Below are positions 7,751-20,326 of a stretch of 64,000 bases of DNA, one piece after another (within the stretch, counting starts at the first letter, position 1; every line of letters begins with the position of its first letter). The DNA comes from an uncultured delta proteobacterium (lineage in GTDB: Bacteria > Desulfobacterota > Binatia > Binatales > Binataceae): the NCBI GenBank assembly GCA_963842085.1, contig CAWJET010000001.1, forward strand, positions 2,208,001 through 2,272,000, given 5' to 3'. The notes under the pieces were generated by a model. The model was not told the DNA's origin. It saw only the letters and a list, made by a program, of their open reading frames with translations, and searched no databases. Position numbers and translations under genes: made by a program.

Positions 7751-10700
7751 CTATGCGTTTAGTTCCTGAAGGAGCGCCCTGGCATCTCTCAAGTCCGCGG
7801 TGTCGAAACCTTCAGTGAACGATCCGTAGACTTCGGCGAGCAGCGGGCGCGCCTCTTCGCGGCGATTCAAGTCTTGCAGCAGCCGCGCAAGGCTGGTGCT
7901 GGCGCGCAACTCCCACGATTTGGCTCGTTGCTTGCGTGAGATATCGAGCGCCGAGTGAAAGGACTGCTCGGCCGCGGCCGCATTCGCCTTGTCGTGGCCC
8001 AATAGCAGTTCACCCTTCAGGCGATGCAACTCCGCCTGATAGTACTGTTGGCCGGTCCTCTCGGTGAAAAGGAATGCCTCCTCTAGCGCGGCGAGCCCCT
8101 CTTCATACCGCCCTGCGCGGCCCAGGGCCGTGGCGACAAATGTAAGACACCGATCGGTTATATACTCGGAGCCGCCGGCCTTAAGCTGTGACATGTGGGC
8201 TTTCATCTTCGCGATGCCACCCTCCAGGTCGCCGTCGAGCACATCGGCCCATCCCAGATAGATTTCGCTGAGCGCCCTGCCCGTGAACAGACCGGAAGCG
8301 GTCGCTATTGCGAGTCTGGCCTCCGCTCTGGCTCGCATTTGCCGGGTTTCGCGCCGAAGCTCGCAAATGTAGGCCGCGAATCCATTCAAGTCGCCGATCA
8401 AGCTCTTTGACCTACGATTATCCGTTGCGGTCGCGCTATTCATTCGTTCCACCGCTCGATCGGGGTAACCGAGAAACCACAGGTTCCAACCTGAAATGAT
8501 GCGATTGTTTTCCAATGTGTAGAAAAGCTGGACCGCTGCCTGCGCCTGGGAAATCTGTGTTGCGCGTCCGTCCGTGAAACCTGATGCCGGTTTGGCGATC
8601 GATTCCAGAACTGTCCATGTTCGATCGAAAGCATCGGCGGCGGCTTCGAAATCCCCCGCGACCATTTTGGTGTAGGCCAGCCAATTGCCGGCTTCCGCGA
8701 GGAGTCCGTCGGCGCCGTGTTCTTCGGCGCGCGCGACCAATTCGGAAGCGATCGCTCCCGCTCTCCGCACGTCGGGACGCATCTGCTGCACGAAGTAAAT
8801 GCCGAAGAGCGCCCACCAGCTTTTTTCCCAGTTGACGCCGGGACGTTGACAAAGGGCTATTGCGCGCTCGGTCGAGCCTTCGACTTCTGGCGAAGCGAGT
8901 CCCTTTATATCTCCGAGGGCGCTATAGGCCGCGTTGCGCAGGTCCAACTCCCGGTCGGCGCGCGACTCGTCGTCGGGAAGCTTCTGTAGGAGATCGAGTC
9001 CGGTTTCGAAAAGCGCGACTGCCTCGGCGAGCGAGCCGCGCGCTTGGCTTTGCTCGATCGCAAGGAGGCAATATCCGACTGCTTTTTCGTGATTACCGCT
9101 GCGGGCGTAGTGGTACGTCAGCGCCGCAAGGTGATCGCCCAGGTTATCGCGATAGACCGATTCCAGGCCGTAGCCGATCCGTTCGTGCAGCAACCGCCGG
9201 CGTTCATTGAGAACCGAGTTATACGCAACGTCATGGGTGAGAGCATGCTTGAACGTGTACTCAAGGTCTCCTACCGCCGGCTGTTCGTAGATGAACTCAC
9301 CCAGCTGAAGCTCGGATAGCATCGACTCCAGGTCAGATGCTGCCGGGTCCGCATCTTTGCGCGACAGAGTCAGCGCCATCGTTGCCGCTTCGGGATTCGT
9401 GCTCGCAATCGCCGAGATGGTTGGCGGCTGCCATACCTGACGAACCAGACCGAGCTTGAACTCCATTCCGATGACGGCGAGCGTTTGCAGCAAATCTTTC
9501 TGGTCCGGCGGCAAGCGGTCGATGCGCGCGGCCAGGATTGCCTGAACCGTGGGTGGAATCTTCAGCTCGCGCAGCGGTTTGGTGAGCCTCGTAGTGCCGT
9601 TGCGCACCAGTGCCCCTTCGTCCAGGAGAACCTGTACAGTCTCTTCCATAAAGAAGGGGTTGCCCTCGGTCTTCTCTATGATGATCCGCTTGAGTGGTGC
9701 TAAATCCGGCTCGCTCCCAAGCAGAGCGGTCAGCATCTCATCCGCGCTTTCCTTACCAAGCGGGTCGAGCCGCAACTGCGTATAGTAGGTTTTGTTCCCC
9801 CATTCGTGGCGGTACTCCGGCCGATAGTTGACCAGGAGCAGGATCCGCGCGGTGCCGATAGAGTCCGCGAGCAAGTTCAGAAACGCCTGCGACTCACTAT
9901 CGATCCAGTGCAGGTCTTCGAATACGACGATGAGCGGCTGGTTCAGGCTTTCGCGCAGAAGTATCCGCTTGACCGCGTCGAGCGCGCGATGCTTTCGAGT
10001 TTGTGCCTTGATTTCCGCAATCTGATTGTCTTCATCGGCGATGCCGAGCAGGCCGTACAGGTACTGAAGCGTATCTTCCAGCGAACGATCGAGCGTCAGT
10101 ACCTTGCCGTTGATCTTCTCGCGCCGCTTGCGCGCATCATCTTCGGACGAAATCTCGAAGTACGAGTACAGCAGGTCGATCAGCGGAAAGAATGCTGAAG
10201 CCTGTCCGTGTGAGACCGAGAATGCTTCGAGCACCATCCAGCCCGATCGCGACGCAGCCTTGAACTCGAACAGGAGGCGTGACTTGCCGACCCCCGCCTC
10301 AGCCATCGCCGCGACGATCTGGCCGCGCCCCGCTTTCGCCTGCTCGGCGGCGCGTTTGATGGCTTGTATTTCATTCTGCCGCCCGACGAACTTGGTGTAG
10401 CCGCGCCCCGCCGATCGCTGCAGACGAGTGCGCAGAGGTCCCAGCCCTGTTACTTCGTACAGCTCAACCGGTTCGCTGACCCCCTTGATACGCGCGAGCC
10501 CCAGCCCGTTGAGCGTGAAGTAGCCCTCGACCAACCTGCTCACAGCGCGAGTGATCGCGATCGATCCCGGTGGCGCCAGCGCCTGCAATCGCGAGGCGAG
10601 GCTTATCGAGTGACCTATCGGCGAATACTCGGTGTCTGTCTCACCCTTTTTTATTGTTCGGACCACCACTTCGCCGACATTGACCCCAATTCGGATCGTG

Positions 10701-11230
10701 ACGGGTGGCTCTCCGCGCTCTCGCAGCCGATCCGAGTAACGCCTGAGGTCCTCCTGCATGCGCAACGCGGCATAAAGCGCGTGCTGCGGATGATCCTCGA
10801 GCGCAATTGGCGCGCCGAACACCGCGAAGATTCCGTCGCCCGTCGATTGGGCGACATAGCCGCCGTAACGGCGGACTGCCTCGATCATCAGCTGAAGGGC
10901 CGGATCAACGATCGCGCGCGCCTCTTCGGGATCGAGGTTCTCGATCATCTCCATCGACCCCTTGATATCGGCGAAGAGCGCGGTGACAGTCTTCCGCTCG
11001 CCTTCACTGGCGGCGGGATCATGCTGCTCCGGCACGGGCGCGGGCTCGCTCGCAGCCGGCTTCGTAGCACGCGCTTTCGCATCGAGTGGGGCGCCGCAAT
11101 CGCGGCAGAACTTCGCGGGAGGCGAATACTCCGCGCCGCACTTCGGACACTTGGCGGCAAAAGGATTCCCACACTCAGCGCAGAATCTGGTGCCGGGCGG
11201 ATTTTCGGAGCTGCAGTTTGAGCAGCGCAT
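7751..11230 (-). CDS. Double zinc ribbon + class III cyclase + AAA (STAND) ATPase + TPR protein
   Basis: Four CxxC at N-terminus; RKTVTALFADIKGS, STGDG; Walker A-like AEAGVGKS; Walker B VVFEDLHW; GNPFF; C-terminal TPR-like region ending WELRASTSLARL...EGFDTADL. Confidence 0.92.
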   Translation of the reverse strand: MRCSNCSSENPPGTRFCAECGNPFAAKCPKCGAEYSPPAKFCRDCGAPLDAKARATKPAASEPAPVPEQHDPAASEGERKTVTALFADIKGSMEMIENLDPEEARAIVDPALQLMIEAVRRYGGYVAQSTGDGIFAVFGAPIALEDHPQHALYAALRMQEDLRRYSDRLRERGEPPVTIRIGVNVGEVVVRTIKKGETDTEYSPIGHSISLASRLQALAPPGSIAITRAVSRLVEGYFTLNGLGLARIKGVSEPVELYEVTGLGPLRTRLQRSAGRGYTKFVGRQNEIQAIKRAAEQAKAGRGQIVAAMAEAGVGKSRLLFEFKAASRSGWMVLEAFSVSHGQASAFFPLIDLLYSYFEISSEDDARKRREKINGKVLTLDRSLEDTLQYLYGLLGIADEDNQIAEIKAQTRKHRALDAVKRILLRESLNQPLIVVFEDLHWIDSESQAFLNLLADSIGTARILLLVNYRPEYRHEWGNKTYYTQLRLDPLGKESADEMLTALLGSEPDLAPLKRIIIEKTEGNPFFMEETVQVLLDEGALVRNGTTRLTKPLRELKIPPTVQAILAARIDRLPPDQKDLLQTLAVIGMEFKLGLVRQVWQPPTISAIASTNPEAATMALTLSRKDADPAASDLESMLSELQLGEFIYEQPAVGDLEYTFKHALTHDVAYNSVLNERRRLLHERIGYGLESVYRDNLGDHLAALTYHYARSGNHEKAVGYCLLAIEQSQARGSLAEAVALFETGLDLLQKLPDDESRADRELDLRNAAYSALGDIKGLASPEVEGSTERAIALCQRPGVNWEKSWWALFGIYFVQQMRPDVRRAGAIASELVARAEEHGADGLLAEAGNWLAYTKMVAGDFEAAADAFDRTWTVLESIAKPASGFTDGRATQISQAQAAVQLFYTLENNRIISGWNLWFLGYPDRAVERMNSATATDNRRSKSLIGDLNGFAAYICELRRETRQMRARAEARLAIATASGLFTGRALSEIYLGWADVLDGDLEGGIAKMKAHMSQLKAGGSEYITDRCLTFVATALGRAGRYEEGLAALEEAFLFTERTGQQYYQAELHRLKGELLLGHDKANAAAAEQSFHSALDISRKQRAKSWELRASTSLARLLQDLNRREEARPLLAEVYGSFTEGFDTADLRDARALLQELNA

Positions 11231-11248
11231 CTGCCGATTCCGGGCCCG

Positions 11249-11950
11249 CTACGGCTTGACGACCTCGCCGCGATGATCCTTGTACATCCGGTCGCGCCAG
11301 GCGAATACTTCAGAGAACGCCGGATCGTCGCCGAGCTGGTCGCGGTAGACGAACCGCAGTTCCGGCGTAAAGACGAAAAACTTTTGGGGCGCCGCTTTCA
11401 ACACCATCAGCATCGCTGCGACGGTCACGTCGGCGCGAGTGAACGTATCGCCGACCAGATATTGACGCCCGCTCAGCGTGTCCCTGAGACTCGTCAAGAT
11501 CCTTGTGGCAGTGAGCCTGCTCTGCTCTTCCGCAAATTCTGAGTAGCCGTACTTTTCCGCGAAGTACTTTCCGCTCTTTTGCGCTTCGGGATCGTCGATG
11601 CGGAGCAGGCGCCCGGTGATCAATGTGCGACCATGGGGTCCCAGCGCGTTAAGCGCGATCTCCTCCCATAGCGTCACCATCGCGCGCTCTTTCGCCGACT
11701 TGGGTAACAGCGCCGGCTCCGGTCTCGTTTCCTCGAGCCAATCCAAAATTGCGCTGGAATCGGGAATCACCTTATCGCCAGTGATCAACACCGGCACCAT
11801 CGCCTGGCCGGTCAACTTCTTCACCGCGGCCTCGCCGACGCCGGGCTCGTAATTCTGCTTCTCGTAGGGCAATCGTTTGAATGCGAAGGCCCATCGGACC
11901 CGCTCCGACCAGGGCGATCCGTACATTGTGATCAGCTTGGTTGTGCCCAT
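11249..11950 (-). CDS. Glutathione S-transferase family protein
   Basis: SPWSERVRWA, VPVL, DSSAILDWLE, YLVGDTFTRADVTVA; GGAGG 7 nt before ATG at 11950. Confidence 0.88.
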   Translation of the reverse strand: MGTTKLITMYGSPWSERVRWAFAFKRLPYEKQNYEPGVGEAAVKKLTGQAMVPVLITGDKVIPDSSAILDWLEETRPEPALLPKSAKERAMVTLWEEIALNALGPHGRTLITGRLLRIDDPEAQKSGKYFAEKYGYSEFAEEQSRLTATRILTSLRDTLSGRQYLVGDTFTRADVTVAAMLMVLKAAPQKFFVFTPELRFVYRDQLGDDPAFSEVFAWRDRMYKDHRGEVVKP

Positions 11951-11996
11951 GATCAAACCTCCCCGAGGAATCCTTTCGATGTTTCACCCCCCGAGA

Positions 11997-12064
11997 ATCG
12001 TAAGGCGGTCGAAGCTGGCCGCCAATGCTTTTTGGCTGAACTTTGTCTGAACTCGATCTGAACT
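11997..12064 (-). promoter_or_regulatory. Putative promoter of the GST-cyclase-DUF924 operon with three phased heptamer direct repeats
   Basis: Minus strand TTGGCG (12020-12025)-N17-TACGAT (11997-12002); CTGAACT starts at 12036, 12047 and 12058 on the + strand (exact 11-bp period). Confidence 0.65.
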
Positions 12065-12136
12065 TTCGCGGAAAAAAGAATGCGTCGAGCCTATACGCTC
12101 GCCAGACGCGGAAGTAGAATCGGCGAAAGCCGCAAA

Positions 12137-15079
12137 ATGCCCAATGATCTCGTCCAGTTCGACGATTTTGTGTTGAATCGCTCCGCTTGCGAGCTCCGCC
12201 GTGGCGATGCGTTAGTGCCGCTACAGCGGGTTCCGCTCGAGCTTCTATCTTTCTTGCTCGAACGCCGCGGGAAGTTGGTTACGCGCAAGGAGATTCTGGA
12301 ACGCGTGTGGGGCAAAGGGGTTTTCGTCGATGGCGAGACCAGTATCAACACCGCGGTGCGAAAGCTCCGACGGGCGTTGTCAGACGATCCTCACGCGCCG
12401 CGATTCGTCGCGACGGTGCCGGCGAGAGGTTATCGATTCGTCGCGGAAATCCGCTCGCCGAAGCCGGGTATTATGGCGCGTCCCGCAGGCCCGCGATCGT
12501 CGGTAATGGTAGGGCGCGAGCACGAGCTGGCCTCATTGATTGGCGGACTCGACGATGCGGCGGCGCGGCGCGGGCGGTTGTTTCTGATTTGCGGCGAACC
12601 GGGCGTGGGCAAGACGCGGCTGGCAGACGAGGTGGCGACCGTTGCCGAGGCGAAGCGAATGGCGCTGATGGTCGGGCACTGCTCGGAACACGATGAAGCC
12701 ATCGCCTATCTGCCTTTCGTTGAAATCCTGGAAAACTTCGTGGAACGCTCCGAGCGTCCGGAGCGTTTGCGTGCCGCATTGGGAACCGACGGTCCGGAAC
12801 TCGCCCGCTTACTTCCCAAGCTGAAAAAAGTTGTACCGGAACTTCTTCCCCCGATAGCTTTGCCGCCTGCTCAGGCCCGACGCCACCTGCTCAACTGCTT
12901 CTTCGACTTCGCCGCTCGCGCTGCTTCCACTCGGCCGGTACTTATGATTCTCGAAGATCTTCATTGGGCCGACGATTCGACCTTGGCCCTGCTGGATCAC
13001 ATCGCGCAGCGGCTTTCGGATCAGCCGTTGATGGTTATCTGCACCTATCGCGATGCGGAGACGAACATCACACCGGTCCTGGCACGGACGCTCGAGGATC
13101 TCGTCCGCGGCCGACTCGCGACCGAAGTAAGGCTAAAGCGCCTGCCCCGCGGCGAAGTCGCCGCCATGCTGAGCAGCCTGAGCGGAAAGCCGCCGCCTCA
13201 GGGCATCGTTGCGGAAATATTCGCGGAGACCGAAGGTAATCCATTCTTCGTCGAAGAACTCTTTCATCATCTCGAAGATGAAGGTCGACTCTACGATGCG
13301 GAGGGACAATTCCGTTCAAAACTCCAGATCGGCGAGTTGGATGCGCCGCGCAGCGTTCGGCTTGTGGTCGCGAGACGACTGGCGCGGCTCGGCCGACTCA
13401 CCCGGGAGATACTGGCGGCCGCATCGGTGATTGGAAGATTTTTCAGCTTCGAAGTTCTTCAGGCTCTCTACGACGACGATGCCGATTCGATTCTGGAATG
13501 CCTCGAAGAAGCGGAGAAGGCAGGTCTACTGGTGTCGGTCGCGACCGGCTCACAGGCGCGGTTTGCCTTCTCACACGAGCTGATTCGTCAGGCGGTGCTC
13601 GGCGGTTTGTCGGCGATGCGGCGTCAGCGACTTCATTTGAAAATAGCTGACGCAATCGAGCAAATGGCTTCCACCATGTCCGAACAGACATCTGCCACGA
13701 GCCGCGACGAACTGGCCGCCCAGCTCGCGCATCACCACGCCCGGGGCGGAAATCCGGACAAGGCCGTCGAGTACTACCTAAGCGCCGTTCGGCAGCTTGC
13801 GGACCTCGGCTCCAACGTCGAGGCGATTGCGATGTTCAACGCAGGCCTTGAACTATTGGGGGAACTACCTGATGACGACCGGCGGACAAAGCTGGAGATC
13901 GACCTTCGATTCGCCGCCAACGAACCATTGGGAGACAGCAAGGGGCTGGCATCGGCGGAAATAGAGCAGTCGATCGACCGCGCGCTCGCGCTATGCAAAA
14001 GGCCGGGGATCAACTGGGAAAGAACCTGGTGGGCTTTGTACAACGCGTTTTGGGTTCACCATCTCCGTCCCGATACCCGCAGGGCGCGCGATATCGCTGC
14101 TGAGCTTGTCGCGGGAGCCGAGGGGAAGGGTACCGCCGCGCATATTGCGGAGGCCGAGACTTCGTTTGCTTGGGCGAGGATGTACTCGGGTGAGTTCGAG
14201 CTCGCTGATCAAGGCTTCGAGCGTGCGTGGGTGCATCTGGAATCGATTCAGAACCGCGCATCGACTTTACCGCCGCCCGATGGATCCGATCGCGAAGTGC
14301 GTACTATCTCGCAACTAGGCACTCCTCAGAACAACCGTGCGGTATCCGGGTGGAACCTGTGGTTCATGGGCTATCCGGATCGCGCGGTGGAGCGAATGAA
14401 TGTCGCCACGGCAATCGCGAATGCGGGGGTTAAGACGATGCTCGCTGACATCCACGGCTTCGCCAGTTACATTCACGAGCTTCGCCGCGAACCCGAGCTG
14501 ATGAAAGCGCGGGCCGAGGCAAGGCTGCAGCTTTCAATCGAATGGGGCTATCCCACCGGCAAGGCATTGAGCGAAATCTACCTCGGCTGGGCCGATGCGA
14601 TAGCAGGCGATTTGGAGCGCGGCATGGCGCGCATACGACAGTATCTGTCCGAAGTGAAGGCCAGCGGCTGCGAGTACGTGTATGACCGGTGCCTCTCGTT
14701 CATAGCAATCGCGCTCAGCCGAATGGGACGGTTCGATGAAGCGCTCAAAGCCATCGACGAGTCATTTTCCTTCACCGACAGAACCGGCCAGCACTACTAC
14801 GAGGCCGAACTGCATCGACTAAAGGGCGAGCTACTGCTAGCCCGCAATCCATCAGACGGCGCGCGCGCTGAGCGATGCTTTCGCTCCGCGATCGATATTG
14901 CGCGCGAGCAGCAAGCGCGTTCCTGGGAATTGCGCGCCGCGACAAGCCTCGCACGACTTGCGAGAGGCACGAAACGTGAGAGTGGGGCGCGAACTATTCT
15001 GTCGGCAGCCTACGGATGGTTCACGGAGGGTTTCGATACCCGGGATCTGAAAGATGCTAGGGTGCTACTCAACGACTAG
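12137..15079 (+). CDS. OmpR/CadC-type winged-helix + AAA (STAND) ATPase + TPR regulator
   Basis: N-terminal Trans_reg_C-like (LVTRKEILERVWG...SINTAVRKLRRALSDD...ATVPARGYRF); GEPGVGKT; ILEDLHWAD; GNPFF; TPR-like C-terminus. Confidence 0.92.
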   Translation: MPNDLVQFDDFVLNRSACELRRGDALVPLQRVPLELLSFLLERRGKLVTRKEILERVWGKGVFVDGETSINTAVRKLRRALSDDPHAPRFVATVPARGYRFVAEIRSPKPGIMARPAGPRSSVMVGREHELASLIGGLDDAAARRGRLFLICGEPGVGKTRLADEVATVAEAKRMALMVGHCSEHDEAIAYLPFVEILENFVERSERPERLRAALGTDGPELARLLPKLKKVVPELLPPIALPPAQARRHLLNCFFDFAARAASTRPVLMILEDLHWADDSTLALLDHIAQRLSDQPLMVICTYRDAETNITPVLARTLEDLVRGRLATEVRLKRLPRGEVAAMLSSLSGKPPPQGIVAEIFAETEGNPFFVEELFHHLEDEGRLYDAEGQFRSKLQIGELDAPRSVRLVVARRLARLGRLTREILAAASVIGRFFSFEVLQALYDDDADSILECLEEAEKAGLLVSVATGSQARFAFSHELIRQAVLGGLSAMRRQRLHLKIADAIEQMASTMSEQTSATSRDELAAQLAHHHARGGNPDKAVEYYLSAVRQLADLGSNVEAIAMFNAGLELLGELPDDDRRTKLEIDLRFAANEPLGDSKGLASAEIEQSIDRALALCKRPGINWERTWWALYNAFWVHHLRPDTRRARDIAAELVAGAEGKGTAAHIAEAETSFAWARMYSGEFELADQGFERAWVHLESIQNRASTLPPPDGSDREVRTISQLGTPQNNRAVSGWNLWFMGYPDRAVERMNVATAIANAGVKTMLADIHGFASYIHELRREPELMKARAEARLQLSIEWGYPTGKALSEIYLGWADAIAGDLERGMARIRQYLSEVKASGCEYVYDRCLSFIAIALSRMGRFDEALKAIDESFSFTDRTGQHYYEAELHRLKGELLLARNPSDGARAERCFRSAIDIAREQQARSWELRAATSLARLARGTKRESGARTILSAAYGWFTEGFDTRDLKDARVLLND

Positions 15080-15125
15080 CGCGATAACCAATTCGATCGC
15101 AGAACGTTAGAGTGCGCCGCTGTCC

Positions 15126-15173
15126 GAGATCCTTCACATGCGCTCTCGTCGCTCGCTTCGTTCAGGATGACAA
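15126..15173. repeat. REP-like element (GATCCTTC...TCAGGATGACA type)
   Basis: Resembles the arms of the inverted pair at 25261-25358; lies between convergent genes. Confidence 0.55.
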
Positions 15174-15219
15174 AATTCCTTGCGTTGCAGACGACGTGCG
15201 CGGCAGATTGGCCTAAGAA

Positions 15220-15642
15220 TCAGCGTGTCGCGGATTTCAGGGTGGCGGCTTCTACTCGGGCGCGGGCTAGTTGCAGGGCTTCCTGAGCTGGCTGGTAGGC
15301 TGGGTCGTAGAAGCTCAGAGTTGAGAATTGTTCGTCGGCTTGTTGTACTTCGGCGGTCGCGGCGCTTGCGTCGATGGTCTCGGGGGATTCGGCGCTGCTG
15401 GCTAACACTGTCATTACGCTGTCTTTCACTTCGGCCAGGCCGCCGGAGACTACCCAATGCATCCTGGTGCCATCGGGGAGGCGCGCTTCCAGGACGCCGG
15501 GGACTAGCGACGTTATGAAGTTGATGTGTTCGGGCAGGACACCGAATTCGCCTAGCGGTCCTATGGCTGAGACTTCTTCGGCGTCGCCTTCGAAGACTAT
15601 GCCGGTGGGCGTGACCAGTCTGAATGGGAACGTTGCGGCCAT
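15220..15642 (-). CDS. atpC: ATP synthase F1 epsilon subunit
   Basis: LVTPTG, GEFGVLPEH, VSGGLAEV; directly downstream of atpD. Confidence 0.95.
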   Translation of the reverse strand: MAATFPFRLVTPTGIVFEGDAEEVSAIGPLGEFGVLPEHINFITSLVPGVLEARLPDGTRMHWVVSGGLAEVKDSVMTVLASSAESPETIDASAATAEVQQADEQFSTLSFYDPAYQPAQEALQLARARVEAATLKSATR

Positions 15643-15654
15643 CGTGGGATTCCG

Positions 15655-17292
<1,638 letters not shown>

Positions 17293-17294
17293 GT

Positions 17295-18200
17295 TCATCC
17301 GCGCAACGCCTCGGCACCGCCGACTATGTCCATCAACTCGCGCGTGATTTGCGCCTGGCGGGCGCGGTTCATCTCAAGCGTGAGCGACGAGATCATGTCG
17401 TTGGCATTGTTGGTCGCACTATCCATCGCGGTCATGCGCGCGCCCTGCTCGCTGGCTTCGGCCTCGAGCAGAGCGTGAAAGACGGCGGCTTCGAGATATC
17501 CGCGCAGCACGACCGGCACCAGTTCCTCGCGCGAGGGCTCGATCAGGTAGTCGATTTTGGGCGCGTCGGACTTCGAGACAGACGCGTCAACTTCGGCGCC
17601 TGGCTTGATGCCCGCGTCGCCCGGCGGCTTGATCGGCAGCAGGCGCTCGTAAAGCGGCTTCTGCACGAGGGCGGACTGGAAATGAGTATAGACGATGCCG
17701 GCTTCGTCGATGGCGCCGGAGCTGTAGTCGGCAAGCATTTTGGCGGCGATATCGCGGGCGAGCGCGATGGTGGCGAGGCGCGGAAGATTGTCGACTCGCG
17801 AGAGCGCGACCGGCACGCCGGCGCGGCGGAAATGATCGACGGCCTTTTTACCGACCGCAAACAGTTCGATGTCGAGTCCGGCGCCGCGGATTTCGCGCTG
17901 CGTCGCTTCGGCCGCGCGGAACAGGTACGAGTTGTAGCCGCCGGCCAAGCCGCGATCCGACGCGACCACCACCAGCAGTGAGCGCTTTTGCGCGCCCTCG
18001 ACCGGGCCGACCGAGATTCCCTCCGAGGTGAGCAGGGTATCAGCTACGCGCACCAGCGCCTCGCTGTAAGGCAATGCGTTGACGAGTGCTTCCTGCGCTC
18101 GACGCAGGCGCGCGGCCGAGACCAGCTTGAGCGCGCGCGTTATCTGCTGCGTTGATTTGGCCGACGCGATCCGGCGCCGGATTGCCTTGAGCGATGCCAT
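17295..18200 (-). CDS. atpG: ATP synthase F1 gamma subunit
   Basis: QITRALKLVSAA, SDRGLAGGYN, ASEQGARMTAMDSATNNA, NRARQAQITREL. Confidence 0.97.
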   Translation of the reverse strand: MASLKAIRRRIASAKSTQQITRALKLVSAARLRRAQEALVNALPYSEALVRVADTLLTSEGISVGPVEGAQKRSLLVVVASDRGLAGGYNSYLFRAAEATQREIRGAGLDIELFAVGKKAVDHFRRAGVPVALSRVDNLPRLATIALARDIAAKMLADYSSGAIDEAGIVYTHFQSALVQKPLYERLLPIKPPGDAGIKPGAEVDASVSKSDAPKIDYLIEPSREELVPVVLRGYLEAAVFHALLEAEASEQGARMTAMDSATNNANDMISSLTLEMNRARQAQITRELMDIVGGAEALRG

Positions 18201-18218
18201 CGTCGAGCGCTATCGCGA

Positions 18219-19772
<1,554 letters not shown>

Positions 19773-19792
19773 AGTGATTCGTCTGTTCCCGC

Positions 19793-20326
19793 CTAGCCCG
19801 CGAGCCGGCGCTTTGCCTCCGCGAGGCGGGTTGCAAGGCTGCCGTCGTAGATTTTTCCGCCCAGCTCCGCCATCACGCCGCCGAGCAGCGCGGCGTCGAT
19901 TTTCACGGTCGGAATGATTTTCAATTGGGCGATCGCCTCGAGTCCGCCGACCACGCGCGCGACTTCGGCGTCGGACGGCTGAATCGCAAAGGTGAGCGTG
20001 GCTCGCTCACGGCCCATCGCCTGATCGAGCAGGTCGCGATACGACTCAGCGATGGCGCCGAGCTCGCGAATGCGCCCGTGGCGCGCGATGACAACTGCAA
20101 ACGAACGCAGCGGGAAGCTGAGATTGAGACGCTCGGCAATCTTCGCCATCGCTTCCTGCCGCGATTGCTCGGACAGCTCGGGCGACGCCAGGCGCTCGAG
20201 GAGCTCAGGCGACTCGACCATCGCGGCGAGCCGCTCGAGCTCGGCGCCCCACTTTTCCTCGGTGCCCTTGTCCGCCAGATCGAGCAGGGCGCGCGCGTAG
20301 CGCCTGGCGACTCGCGAACCTTTCAT
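19793..20326 (-). CDS. atpH: ATP synthase delta subunit
   Basis: [13 protein letters not shown]...IYDGSL; operon position. Confidence 0.93.
   Translation of the reverse strand: MKGSRVARRYARALLDLADKGTEEKWGAELERLAAMVESPELLERLASPELSEQSRQEAMAKIAERLNLSFPLRSFAVVIARHGRIRELGAIAESYRDLLDQAMGRERATLTFAIQPSDAEVARVVGGLEAIAQLKIIPTVKIDAALLGGVMAELGGKIYDGSLATRLAEAKRRLAG

Noticed and set aside
12036-12064. Short direct repeats as a CRISPR or iteron array
   Set aside because: 7-bp units with 4-bp spacers, and no cas or rep gene; fits a winged-helix operator better.
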